Made by a program: the position numbers and the translations under genes
The notes under the pieces: model-generated
What the model saw: the letters and a program-made list of their open reading frames with translations, nothing else
The model's database searches: none
Told to the model about the DNA's origin: nothing
NCBI GenBank assembly: GCA_903813345.2
Contig: CAIIXF020000001.1
Span: 18,166,001-18,230,000 of the forward strand
Direction: 5' to 3'
DNA length: 64,000 nucleotides
From: Owenia fusiformis
Taxonomy: Eukaryota
Part shown: positions 1 to 13,597 of the stretch, in pieces
Layout: the number at the start of each line of letters is the position of its first letter
Numbering within the stretch: position 1 is the first letter of the stretch

Positions 1-3000
1 TTTATGTTATTCATCGAGTTCCTATTGTGAGAAATACGCATGCCGCTGTATACTTTTAACGTCACTAATATTAGCAATGTACTATTTAACTATAGGGCAT
101 ATAGTTATTTTGGTTTTAGATTTCACTATTTATTTATGTTATGAAATTCCAGTTTTTCAGAAGTGGTGTCTAGCGTAAGCTGTTATACTGTGTAGAACAT
201 TGTCTTAGCATTCATCACATCTGTGATCATATGCTACTGAGATTTTATCTTCAAGCTTATGGGGAACATGATTAGCGACACACTGAATCTAACTTTTGAT
301 TTGGTATCAACATCAACATAAGGGGTTATAACAATTGTTTCAAAATAGTATTTGAAAAATGATTACTTTGATTTTTGGGATGTTTGGGTATTGTTTCCTT
401 TAATTTCTCAATTTTTACCGATGGTGTTTTTCTATACGAGATTCATTTCTGTGAGATAGGATTCCATTTTTTTCCAGATCGTGAACAATGTAATGGTTTC
501 CATCGAAGGAAATGCTCAGTTTTAATATTGCAGATGAGTATAATGATAAAGTGGATATAATCGATCTATACAAATGGAAAGTTTGCATGGCAAACATCTT
601 TTCAATTTATATCAACGAAGGCATATCAATTCACTCGTCATATATCACGAAACTCAATCCATCACCCAAGTAATTGAATATACCTTCGGACCAGTTCATC
701 TTGAGCTTTCAATGGCAAACAATATCTCATGCAATTCGTAATTCGTTGAATCTGTTTTGCATCTCATTTCAAGTGTCATTGGAGTGTGTGGTGTTCTCAT
801 CCTAGTTGTAGGAAAGAATAATCTGTACTTATATCCATAATGTATCATATTATTGTTTTGTTTTATCTTGTGGAAATTAAGGGAAAATAGCTTAGTCTTG
901 TATTGCTTTGTATTGTATTGTAGATTTTTGGATGTCTTGGAATGCTTTTCAGAATGCAAAAATACTGAAAAACGCAACAAACAACCCTAAAACAAAATTA
1001 TAAAATTCTGGTCACCATTTCCAACTACCTTGAAATGGTTCATTTCTAAAAATCTCAAAAGAATATTCTTAAGATATGTAATATAGTATCTTGGTTTGTC
1101 TAGTGACAGTATCCTGTATGCGGGCCTGTATGGCATGGTCAATTTCAAATGCTGGATGTTTTTTCCTAAATGGACAGTGTTGTAATGCCAATGTTCTATT
1201 AAAAGATGGCACTTTTGACCGATACATCTGTCTGTTTTCATGTGCCTCAAGATACATATGTAAATGTAAACGTTTTCACAGCGTCTAATGTGAACTCACA
1301 AGTGGCAACATTTGAGATAAAAAACACATTGCAGATAAGAAACAAAATAACCACATTTTCTCAAATTATCAGTAGTTCATTCACGAAATAATCGAACATT
1401 CAAAAGGTGTAAATGTTAATCAGTATTTCTCTCAATAGTTAGGATAATAGATAAAATAAGCAAACATAAGCAACATTTAAAACTCATTTCAATGCCATGT
1501 GCATGTTTGTATGTACATTTTGTTATTTATTATAATACGACTGTTGTGTATATAAATACAATATATTCATTTGAATGTCCGATATGTATAAAAACACACG
1601 AATATATTGTGAATGTGCAACCATAATTCAATGCGAATGTTTACTATGTTTACTATAGCATCTCCATCACATTAAGATAGTAAATATATTTTATGGCACA
1701 AGAAACAGACTAACCCTGTATATTATTTTCATGAATGCCAGACTGTGAAATAAATTATGTTTTCGTGATTCAGATCATGTGCATGTTTTGTGTACTTTAG
1801 TATCTAGAGCTTTCTGGGTGTTAAACTTGATTGTGTAAATCCATTAATTCTTCAGACTTTGCTGGTGTCTCCATCTAGTGGCATGTCGTGTTACTAATTC
1901 TAAGCAACTACATGTTTTATTAAAACGTAAAACCACAACTTAAAACATAAACGTTTATAATTTTAAATATAAGGACTGCATTGCGTTTCTCAACAATAAA
2001 CGTGTTATTTATTTTATTCATTTATATAGTTCATATATATATTATGAATGTTACAAAGCTATCATCCGTGAAATACATTTTGATTTAGTGGAATGAAGAT
2101 ATATCTCACATCGCAAGAGAATTCATAAATTTCTCAGTAATTACTTAGTGCACGTAACTAGAAAATTGACTTTATCAAGTTAATAAAATATCTTGATTTG
2201 ATCGCGATAAACTTCAGAACAATATATTGGTTGCGGTATTGTTTCTGATTAAGTCACACATACAAAACATGCTAAAATGATTGTGAATCTAATTTGCATG
2301 GACAACTTTAACATCTCACCTTAACTTATCCATATATTAATATAATAGAACGAGCAGAATAAGAAGAAATGCATTCGCCAGTGATATGCAAAGGAGAAAT
2401 TGATGCAAACATGTGCAAGATTAGAAAAAAGTGAGTGATAAATGAAGTGTTACTTGGAACCCGGCGAATCAAGATGGGATATACCTATGCATTATAATTA
2501 ATGACATAAATAAAAAATAAAGAATCAATGTATGCAGAACAACAATAAAGCTATTTGTTTAGAAACAGAACTTGTTTGTTCTAGCGTAAAACCTAAGGGT
2601 TCACACAAAGTGATGACATCATGATCAGAACTCATCAGATGAAAATAATAATCATAGTTCATATTCAGTGAAGCAGTTAAAATGGCGACTTTGTATAAAT
2701 CTTAATGTTCCCTGTTTACGCTAAAGTTTAAGAACGTTTTAAGAACTAGATTCCGGTTAATTATGCAATTAATATTTGGCCCCTTATTTGGTGTCAGAGA
2801 GTATTAGTTTTTATGTCAATAAAAGAAATTAGAAAACAAAAATAATCAGTTCATGTGTTATGAAACCATATTTGTACTTCTCTTCAATTTAGAGCTTTTA
2901 TTGCGAAATATCATTTATCATTATCTTGAAATTCGCCTAAGTTCGTTTGTTCTCCTTAGGGAATTCAAATATAAAGTACCGTGTTTGTTTTATATTAGTA

Positions 3001-4318
3001 AATTACGACTAGCAAAAATTAATGTCGATAGGTTTGAATTCTCCTACGCCGGAAAGAGCCGATTCTGGTTTTTGTGTTCAACTCATATCGCAATTACACA
3101 TACATATTATACACGATTTGTCAAAGTACACTCAAAGTCGATCTTTTGAATATTTCATATACTTTGTATAGAATTTAACGAGCACCAGATGCTCATTTGT
3201 TTGTCACTATTGAAAAAGTGGGTCAATGTCACTATTTATCTACATTTCAATGCATGCTAAATTTTGATAAGAATATGAATAGTAAGTGCCCTAAACTTAA
3301 GCGTTTTGGTGGTGGTTTATGTTTCAACGTCGAATTGTGTGAAACGGTTAAAATTCCGCCGTGTATTATTCACAGAATCTGTCTGTGATTATAGTTTATT
3401 TATTCACAAGACAGGATGTAACATGTGAAAAAATTCATTTTCATACAATACATTATGTTGATCTGTTGATTCAGCCTATGAGAGTTTAATTCATGAACAG
3501 ATAATGTCTGTAACTCAATTCTGAATACATAAAAACGATATATTGCGTAAAGCAAACAATAAAACAAATGTTTGCAATGGTTGTATGTTGAAGTATCGTC
3601 TATATACACCTTTGGACAGATTAGTGAAACACTTCAAAATAAAAATTTTGCTATTTTCAGCGTTATGTAATGTGTCGCTATCTATATAACACACATGGAA
3701 AACGAGTCATGAAACAGCACACTAAAAATTGTCAGTTGATATATCACAAAATATATTACATTTAAGTCTATGGTCACTACGATGCAGTCAATGGTTTACA
3801 CCACACCGAGCTCTTGAACATACAGCTCATTAGCCCATATATACATATGGTCACAATCCACCTCGTCTTCCCATGTAGGCCTAGTGTCACAGCACAAAGC
3901 TCATATAGGCATATGGTCAGGACGCACAGCCCAGGTAGACCTATGGTAGTAAGCTCACATCTCAAGTAATTCTATGGTCACAACGCACAGTCCATGTAAA
4001 TATATGGTCACAACTCACCTCATGTTCTCATGTAGGCATATTGTCACAATACAAAGCTCATATAGGCATATGGTCAAGACACACAGCCCAGGTAGACCTA
4101 TGGTAAGCACTCACATCTCATGTTATCCTGTGGTCACAACATACAGTCAATGTAGACATATGGTCACAACCTACTTCATGTTCTCATGTAGGCATATTGT
4201 CACAATACAAAGCTCATATAGGCATATGGTCAAGACACACAGTCCAGGTAGACCTATGGTAAGCACTCACATCTCATGTCATCCTATGGTCACAACACAC
4301 AGACGATGTAGACATATG

Positions 4319-4820
4319 CAGGCCTGTCAACTTGGGAACACCTAACATGAGTGACTTGGAAATGTTGAACACCTCCCCTTAAAATGTGGACACCTTGGTC
4401 CAAATCTGGACACCTTGATCCAAATTTTGAACACCTTGGTTTAAATTTTATTACATCTTGCCAAATTTTGAACACCTCAAATTTTTCGCGCTCGCTACGC
4501 TCGCGTTTCAAACATCCATCAACGGGGGGGGGGGGGGGGGGTTGGTAGGTACGAAAAATTTCGAACGGAATGCGTGACATATACGTATTCGCGTGAAAAG
4601 TCCGAACGAAATGCGTACATTTTTTTCCGGCGTTCGTATTTTTGCTGTGTAGACGATCTTTTTTAGAAATTTTTCTACAGAAATATTTTGGCGTGACAAT
4701 TACCAGGTAAAATGCGTATTTGCGTGACATTTTCTGTCACGCAAAAATAACTGGCGTGACTTCGAATTCTTCAGCAAATGCGTGACAAATACGCAAATTG
4801 CGGGACAGTTGACAGGCCTG
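4319..4820. mobile_element. non-autonomous DNA transposon (MITE, 502 bp) with 14-bp TIR CAGGCCTGTCAACT; hAT-like termini
   Basis: Perfect TIRs at 4319-4332 and 4807-4820. CATATG is duplicated on both sides (4313-4318, 4821-4826), and removing the element restores the minisatellite unit. It has subterminal repeats and a G18 tract (4524-4541). The superfamily is inferred. Confidence 0.88.
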
Positions 4821-4892
4821 CATATGGTCACAACCTACATCATGTTTTCATTAAAGCCTATTGTCAAAACACAAAGCCAATATAGACATATA

Positions 4893-5521
4893 CAGGGCGT
4901 CAAATAAGTCTGTTCTCCCCCTTAACTTTTTTATCTTTAAAGTTATCATACTTTCCCATATATCATTTGAAGCTTATGAAAAATGCTGATCACTCTCAAA
5001 AAACCAATCATGAACTCCTCCTAATAAAATTGTTACAATGTTTCTTGTTAGGTTGTACTTGACCTTTGATTACGTCAAAACAAGTAAAATTACCAGTATG
5101 GTGAATGGAAAGTGAAACGTTGATACTGCAGTGACAATGCCAAAATTGGGTGATTTCAATGTTTCTCAATATCATGACAGAGTAAAATGTGTTACATTCA
5201 GGAGAGCTTTTGAAGCAGGGGCATCTTTCATCAAAAAATAGTTGATAACAGCCAAAATAAAACGTTCTGAATGATTTGTACAGAATCATATACTCCAAGA
5301 ATTGAGGACGTGTGAGCTGGTGGGGGAGGCATACGGACAATTAAAAAGTGAAATATGGACATCACTAAAAATACTCTAAAGAATTTGGAATTTAACCAGT
5401 CACTCTGAAATTTGGTTTGTGATCAGCAAATTAAATTCTCTTTTAAGATGATATATATCAACTCAATGTTATTTCTGAATTAAATAAGTTAAGGGGGAGA
5501 ACAGACTTATTTGACACCCTG
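4893..5521. mobile_element. Tc1/mariner-type MITE (629 bp), 36-bp TIR, TA target duplication
   Basis: cagggcgtcaaataagtctgttctcccccttaactt (4893-4928) matches the reverse complement of 5486-5521 with one mismatch. It is flanked by TA (or TATA) on both sides and has no transposase ORF. Confidence 0.9.
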
Positions 5522-8500
5522 TATATGTCAAAACACACAGTCCCTGTAGACAGATGGAAAGAACACATATGTCGTGTAGACCTATGGTCACAACGCACAA
5601 TCCATGTAGACATATGGTCACAACCTCATGTTCACACAGTTTTTTAAAACCTATGGTCAAACCATACAATCCATGGAGTTCTATGGTTGTGTAGTCCTAT
5701 GGTCACCCCACACGTCTCATTCAGGCTTGTTTATGGTGAGAACACATATCCGATGTAGGTCTGTGGTCTTATCACACATTTAGGCCTATGGTCACAATGC
5801 AAAGCTCATCCAGTCAGAAAGTCACGACACATCCGGCTCATTCAGTCCTCTAAGCTGGTGAAGTTTTGTGGTCTCGATACCAAACTCATACAAAGTATAT
5901 GGTTATGAAAACAAATTCCGAGTTCACGGCTATCAAAGTCAGACCTTATATTGAATGGACACAATAAAACAAAATATGAAGGTGAATGACTGATTCATGC
6001 TAGAAAAACGATTACGGGATTTGTTTTCTATAAACGTTGTTTCTCTTGACTTAAATGTCTCAAAATCTCCAACGATTTCAACATACAAAGAAGTTTGGTT
6101 TAAGGTGTCAATACATCTCTTGGACATACTGGCGATAGCACGCAGCTGATAACTATGACGAATAATGATGGATTTATTTTAAATTAATCCCCAGATGTCA
6201 CTCGAAATAATATCAATCATTGTGTTTTGAGACATTTTCAGAAATAGCGAAACATTGTTTCTGTCTTCCAATTAACTAATAATGACCAGTGATCGGGTAG
6301 GGACTCTAATTGCGATCCTCAAGTGCGAAACCCCGCTTTCAACACACCATTTGCGATTCTTAGAAACCTATTGAAAGTACCTTCGAGAGAAGAACCATGG
6401 CTAGTTCGACGCTTCCCATTTTTCAAAGTCACAAGATTAATTTTTCATTAATGCCTCCTTGCATTCTCTTGTTCCCTTTGCATTCGTTTGAGATACATCA
6501 CTGTCTTTTGGCGATAAGAATATAGACAGGCAACTTATTTTACCGTTAGACACAAGCAATCTGCTTTTTCTATTTTCTTCCGATCCGTCGCCACACCACA
6601 TGATATTTTGTTAAAGACATCAATAGAAATATAGAAATGAGTATCGCTATTCAGTGAATTGATGGACTTTACTCTTGGCTTGACACCATATAAAACATGG
6701 GATCGTCTTCAGAAATGAAATGATGTACTCTTGCCTGGATGCACCACACCATGTTTGCATGGATATACGTCGATAACGGTAATATTTCACGTTATTTCAA
6801 GTGTTAAAAGGATATCTTGCTAAATTCTCAAGGGATGTTTACACTTACAATTGCAACTCATGCGGATTAAGAAGCCATCCTCCGTTGGATCAATACCAGT
6901 TGTGGCCAATTGTCGTTAATCAGGCATGTCATCAACAATTCATGGTGATGTATTCCGCTCCTCCTTGGATCCAGTCACGGTATTGTCTTCCTTTTCGTTA
7001 GTTGATCGAGACAACAATGGCAGCTCTTTGTGACGAATCTGAGCATGACTAAGGGTAGTTTTGCTGTTTTTATCTTCTTAATGACCTAGAGCCATAAATA
7101 CGGACTGTCTGCATATATATTTTCTCAAGGCCGCTTCTCGGGGGAGCTAAATAGCCAGTAGATCAATTGAGGAGTAATTTAACGGTAATTATTGGGGCAG
7201 TTAAGGAAAATTTATGTTGAACACGACCATACCTAACTGTGTTCTAGGCATTTGATTCGGTTTATAGACCTCACGTGACCACACATATATAACACTAATG
7301 GGGTCATTTCACCCTGTAATATCACACTTGTCCATTCAAACTACTACAATTGTAAATTCTAATTTGTTTGATTTTGATGGAGACCTATCCAATTCAAGTA
7401 TTGTCTTTAAACACTCTAATCCCGCGTCCCTATCTTTTCCACTACTTAAAAACAAAGCATGCCATAGACATAGTATTTAAAGAGCAAACAGTGAGAGTAT
7501 ACCTTCATATCAAATTTGAATCAAATTCAACATAAGTTATCATTTTAGATCAATCTTCTTTTCGATATAATACTCAATGCTTCTTAATATCAAAATATTT
7601 GCATATGTTTTTTATTCATGTTGGTGCCTTCATGTTCACCCTTCGATCTAAATGTATGACTATCATGTTTATTCAATTTCATATTACCTGTTGTATAATA
7701 GGTGATGATTTCATTTTTTACGTATATTTGTATCATTATTTTGCTTCCTGCGTTCCGGAATGATTTTGATCATATTTAATCAATAGCCAACTTTGGATTG
7801 CCATGTTTGTCAAAGAATATAAACGTCGATGTACGTTTATCATTCTTAATCAACTCTCTTTCCGACAGTGGACAGTGATATGTGACTCCCTATTCAGGAT
7901 ATGAGAATGTAAATTGGCTTGACCGTATCACAGGAAGGAACCTCAGGGGAAATATAAGTACATATTTATCATCATTTTCGTGAATAGAGTTCACATAATA
8001 TTTTGTTATTTATCGTACATAGACCAGTTCAGTGAATGATGCCACCTATCGGAAATGGCTGAAATAGGATGAACTCATTATTGGTGTTCATATATATGTT
8101 GATGTTCATGTTTACAAACATTACTGTATCCAAAGCTTAATATCATAAATCTATTCAATATACACTAGTTTCCCCTGCTCAACAAAATAGGGAGGACCAC
8201 TCGGAAGGGAATATATCTTATAGTACTGAATTGTCCTTTACAATTTAAAAAAACGAAACATTTAAAAAGCAAAATATATACCTACATGTATTTTTACACA
8301 CCTAGCCTTAATCGGAAATACTAACCTTTCTTTATCTTCTAAGAGTTGACGGAACAATTAACTATTCATTAATGAAAAGAATGTTAAAATTTATATTTTG
8401 GAATCCAATGCAAATGCCAGTCCTTAACAACTAGTTATATTGTTTAAATCTAGGTCCTCGACAATCTAACGTTGACTGAGATATACAGTATACCTCTCTT

Positions 8501-9654
8501 ATCAGAAAATAATTAAATGCAACACATTAATGACAATGTAATTTTAAACTAAACATGTGCCACCCTAAATTCAAATAATATACATTCGTAATATACGTAA
8601 ACATAATATCTTAAATCCAAGGAGCATCGTTAATAAGCAATATTTGGGCCTTATGATAATGGAGGAACGATTACTCAATAAATAACCATCACTTGTGTCT
8701 TAGTAACATCTTCTTGTAAAAATGATATCGGGGTAGAATGAAATATTATGCAAATGTTTTGCCAAAACTATGTAATGACATTGAAGTTACCCTGAGTGAC
8801 ACGACCCAGTAGTTTAGAGATGAAGTTATCTTTTGAAGCTTCAAAATCAAAGTACTAGAGTAAGTATTAGTAAGGGTATGTTTGCGTTTGTATGGGAACC
8901 ATATTGAAAGAAACCAGAGCATATGTATTTGGTGGATAAGGTATTCTACGGACTATCATGTCTGTTTTCTATCACTCGCCTATTGTATTTCCTCAATTTA
9001 AATGCAAAGCTGTATTCACAATTAATTAGTTAAAGGTGAGTTGACTCTTGGAGTTCCTTGTGTTTGACGTCAGCATGCGTACATGTAAAATAGTCCTCAA
9101 ATCTAGACTTACATTAATTCAAAACCATATAATTTGCCTATCAAAGTACATGGAAACAAACCTTCTAAGTCCAGCAAATAATACAGTTTAAAAATAAAGT
9201 GAATAAATCGTTTATTAAAAACTATGAGCTAAACTGTAAACATGAATCATTTATAATTTGCACTTGGCATGCCGTTTACAAGGAGAGTTTCAAACTTTTG
9301 AATCAACGTTTTTGGATTAAAGTATATTGATGGTGCGAATTTCAGATTGTAATAACTTTTAATGGCCAAATGAGATCAGAGTTAAAGGTTAAGTTAAAGT
9401 TTTTTAATGTGAACGTGTGAAGGTTGATACAATATTTACAAATGAATCCTCTTAAATTGGAGATTTAATTGGCTAATTAGTAAAGGTTGGGTTATACCGT
9501 AGTTTTTAATGCTGATGAAAATTTTGATTTGGTGTATTTTTCCAACATACAATCAAGTGATCCGATTTAAGTATTTCCAGGAATGTTTAGAGTTTTGTAC
9601 ATACACGCGTCCATTTAAATGATATAGATATAAGCATGAAAATGGTACACTAAA

Positions 9655-10500
9655 GTGCTCAGCTTTTTAATACAGACACCTACATGATGTACATAAGTGC
9701 TCAAGTTTTTAATACAGACTTGCAAATGGTGTAGTTAAGGCCTCACATTGTACATACAGGCATGTAAATTATGTAGTTAAGTCCCCAAAGTGTGCATTCA
9801 TGCATAACAAGTATATGCATACATGTAAGTGCTCAACTTTTTACAGGCTTGCAAATGGTGTAGTTAAGTCCTTACATTGGACATACAGGCATGTAAATTA
9901 TGTAGTTAAGTCCCCAAAGTGTGCATTCATGCATAACAAGTATATGCATACATGTAAGTGCTCAACTTTTTACAGGCTTGCAAATGGTGTAGTTAAGTCC
10001 TTACATTGGACATACAGGCATGTAAATTATGTAGTTAAGTCCCCAAAGTGTGCATTCATGCATAACAAGTATATGCATACATGTAAGTGCTCAACTTTTT
10101 ACAGGCTTGCAAATGGTGTAGTTAAGTCCTTACATTGGACATACAGGCATGTAAATAATGTAGTTAAGTCTCCAAAGTGTGCATTCATGCATAACAAGTA
10201 TATGCATACATGTAAGTGCTCAACTTTTTGATACAGACTTGCAAATGGTGTAGTTAAGGCCTCACATTGTATGTAGTTAAGTCCTCAAAGTGTGCATTTA
10301 TGCATAAAAATTATATACATACATGTACATGTAAGTGCTCAACTTTTTACAGGCTTGCAAATGCATGGAGTAGTTAAGGCCTCATATTGTACATACAGGC
10401 ATTTAAATGGTTAAGTCCTCAAATGCAAAGTATGCATACATGCAGAGAAATTATGAACTTAACTCAACTTTTAATACAGGCTTGCAAATGATGTAGTAAA
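9655..10500. repeat. tandem repeat with a 129-bp unit (near-identical core copies, degenerate edges)
   Basis: atgcataacaag recurs at 9800, 9929, 10058 and 10187. The unit is built from shorter GTAGTTAAG(T/G)C sub-repeats. Confidence 0.95.
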
Positions 10501-12029
10501 ATGCTCAAATTGTTCAGACGGGCTGCAGATGGTGCAATGAATTTATATACAATTGTACTAAAAGGGATGCACATAGGATAGAAAAGTACTCAAATTAGAC
10601 TTTAAAGACTCGTCACAATTTGTATTAATCATTCTGATAACCATCCCTCCTTCTTTTTAAGAACTGAAGAGATGCATTCGTTGGCTGCAACTACGTTGCA
10701 CAGGCTAAAACATTGCCATTTTCACCCTTTTTATGGTTCATAGTTATTTTTAGTTCTGATCTGATCTCTTCGTTAACTCACTTGTTATTGTGATCTTTTG
10801 TTGCAAATATGTTGTTGAATTTTTGCGTGCCTCTACCTATTTGTGTATTGCTCCCACGTTGTCTGTCTGTTGATATTTTTAAAAGCCTTTTGTTTAAAAT
10901 CCATTTGTCTTTCAATTGTTTATTGTCTCTAACATCTGACACAATATCTACTTTATTAACTACCCTTTCTTAAAAACAAATCTGCATACGCTCTTGTACA
11001 TATAAGATCTATTACGTAATATTCTATTTATTTATTCTGGTGTTCCTATTCTGATACAGTTAATATTTTTGATCCTTATATCCTTATAATTATTTTTTGT
11101 CAGTCTGATGTCGGTAGGGAGCGATGTCTTACCGGTATTTTTGATAAGGGTATATACTCCCAAGATGTTAAAAGTTACTGAAACACTTTCTTTTTTCCTA
11201 ATAACAATAAATAGATATCAGAATTCTGTGAACAATAACATCGTATCCTTATGATTGAAGTAATTCGTATGAAAGACATATACATCTCTGTCTCCATAAT
11301 ACACATCTTTGCATATATAATATATATAAGTAATTTGTATTTCATTCATTTTGCATTCCATTATATGCATGAACAGTTGACCTATTATCTCATGAAGTTT
11401 ATTTTATGAATTCAACTGGATATATATTGAAATTGTTTTGCATTAGTTAATTCTCTATATGAAATTGATCATGTTACGTTTTTATTGATACCTTGAATGA
11501 CCCCAGAGGAAACTTGTTTCAAGGTAAGCGTCGCAATTTGTTTGTTTACATTTATCACGTATGATCTCAACATTCATTATGGTATCGCTTTTAATCTATC
11601 TCGTTGATACAATGTGTGCGCAGTTGTTGATTTGCCTTGATTGATATCAGAACATATACCATTGTAGACATGTGAATACAGCTATTGTTGTGATCTTTTG
11701 TATACTTTAGCATAAAAATATCAAGAACGATGCATTTTAGCATGTAATATTGATATTCTATGACAACCGTGTATTCACATTTAATCTGAACAGGATCACG
11801 GAAGGATCGACCATTTATATACATTTACGTAATATACAGTCCATAAATCTGGAATATTGTCGATTCTAGGGAGTATACATATGAATGTATGTGAGTATTT
11901 TGGATACATATATAAGCACCTTTCTCTGATTTAAAGAATATAATATCAATTGAAATTAGATTGAGATCGTTTGATTGTTGATATTCCTGATTCAAGTTCC
12001 GAAATTGGGAAGTACTCTGGCCCGAAGAA

Positions 12030-12740
12030 TTATTGACAGAACTTGGGTAGGTCAGTTTCTGGCAATACATTGGTAGTACATAGTGTTTTTCAGTACACTG
12101 GTAGTACACTGTTTGATAGTAATGACAGCCGACTTGGAGTTGATTTCTAGACAACACACTGATAGTACAATGTATGCCACTACTTTGATGGTACAATAGA
12201 TGACAATACCTTGGCAGTACAGGCGGTATTTGACAGTACCATGGTAGTTCAGTATTTAACAGTACTCCGGAAATACAAGTATAATATTTGACAATACACG
12301 TGTAGTAACATATTTGACAGTACTCTCGTTATACAAATTTTGACAATACTCTTGTAGCAAAGAATTTTACAACTCTAGTAGTAGTACAGTATATATCAGA
12401 GCTTTGTAAGTGCAACGATGTTTGACAGTTGTCTGGTAGCACTGACACAGTACTCTCATAGAATACTATTTGACAGTAGTCTGATATTGCACTAAGTACT
12501 ATCCAAGAAGAACAAGTTGATAATACTATTACTCTGGTAACATAGAATGTGGCACTACTCTGGTAGGGCAGTATTTGATAGCACTCTATTCGTACAACAT
12601 TCGGCAGTTTGGGAAATGCACAACCGGATTGGAAGAACTGTATTTGACAGTTCTCTTGTATAACAATGTTTGACAATACTACACTCTGCGTGCACAGAAT
12701 CTAACTAAACTCTGCAGGAACACTTTGACAGTATTCTAGA
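12030..12740. repeat. old, degenerate ~30-bp minisatellite (core TATTTGACAGTACTCTGGTA)
   Basis: Many spaced variants of tttgacagtac / tttgacaatac / tttgatagca occur across the interval. Confidence 0.7.
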
Positions 12741-13519
12741 GGAACCCGTTCTACAGTGTACTCTGCGGCTGGTAGGTCAGTTGACCAACTCAACTTTGGT
12801 TGACTTCGAAATATTCGCTACAATCAATCTAATAAACAATCAATGGAAAGTAGAATAATAAATTGTTTACATGTTTACCCTTTCTGTGTCGACCTGACCT
12901 TGAATAACTAATCGGTATCATTAGTTACCACGCGTGCTTATTTTATATGATCAACCCCATGCAGGTTAATACAGGTAATGTCATAACTTAGAGGCAACCA
13001 AAATCTTCAAAAAAACTGTTCTAACCAATTAGAATTGATATAACATATATCAGTAAAATAGTTTTACCGATGTTCTTCTGGGATGAGGATATCCCATGAA
13101 AATACCAGAGGGATATGACGATATCCCCATAATTCAATGGTGTATATTCCCGGGTTAAGTCAATACACCATTGCTGAAATCCTAATTTTCTCAGAAGAAC
13201 ATGGTTGCCTGAGTCAACCAGTAGAAATATGTTTTTCAAGCTTTTGGTTATCTCTAACTTGCACATACCGGAACATCAAAATATGCACGAGTTGCTTCAT
13301 CAACTGTCACTCGTCTCAGAGAATGTAGTCAAGGTTAGGAATTGTTTATTTGACCTACATATCAATTTGTTTTCCTCTCACAAATAGAAAAACTGAAATA
13401 GCTGTACAAACAGTCATTACCACCAGTTAAAAGAGCATCTGCATAAATTTTATTTAAGTAATTTTTTCCGATGTATGCAATTTAATTAAACAATAATAGA
13501 GTATTTATGCATCAGCAAG

Positions 13520-13597
13520 TTATCGCACAATTGCATTATATTGCATTATCACACACTTGCGTTGCATTATCGCACACTTGCATTATATTGCATTACA
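13520..13597. repeat. short TTGCATTAT-based tandem repeat
   Basis: Repeated ttgcattat(c/a) and ttatcgcaca units. Confidence 0.7.

Larger units (their letters stand above)
3768..5830. repeat. minisatellite, ~30-36-bp units (core CATATGGTCACAAC...CATGTAG) with a 156-bp higher-order repeat, interrupted by two MITEs
   Basis: TATGGTCA recurs throughout. The block catgttctcatgtaggcatattgtcacaatacaaagctc occurs at 4021 and 4177 (156 bp apart). The array resumes at 4821 and 5522. Confidence 0.9.

Noticed and set aside
3974-4345. 123-aa repetitive ORF
   Set aside because: Translation of the minisatellite; no gene context.
4290-4730. 146-aa ORF with polyproline
   Set aside because: Antisense reading of the MITE and its G18 tract.
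5950-6600. minus-strand fragment ..ACYRQYV.. resembling a transposase N-terminal YHxxCY motif
   Set aside because: A single short motif that needs a frameshift; insufficient without a profile search.
8786-8880. TTACCCTG start suggesting a second miR-10-like gene (also TTACCCTT near 12875)
   Set aside because: The rest of the sequence is unlike miR-10 and there is no complementary arm at hairpin distance.
9800-10231. 143-aa repetitive ORF, and a CRISPR-like appearance of the arrays
   Set aside because: Head-to-tail tandem repeat without unique spacers, in eukaryotic DNA with no cas genes.
11468-11526. hammerhead-like arrangement (ttgaatga...gaaac), with a similar one on the minus strand near 30070-30103
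   Set aside because: The CUGANGA core is not intact; at most decayed Penelope-type relics.
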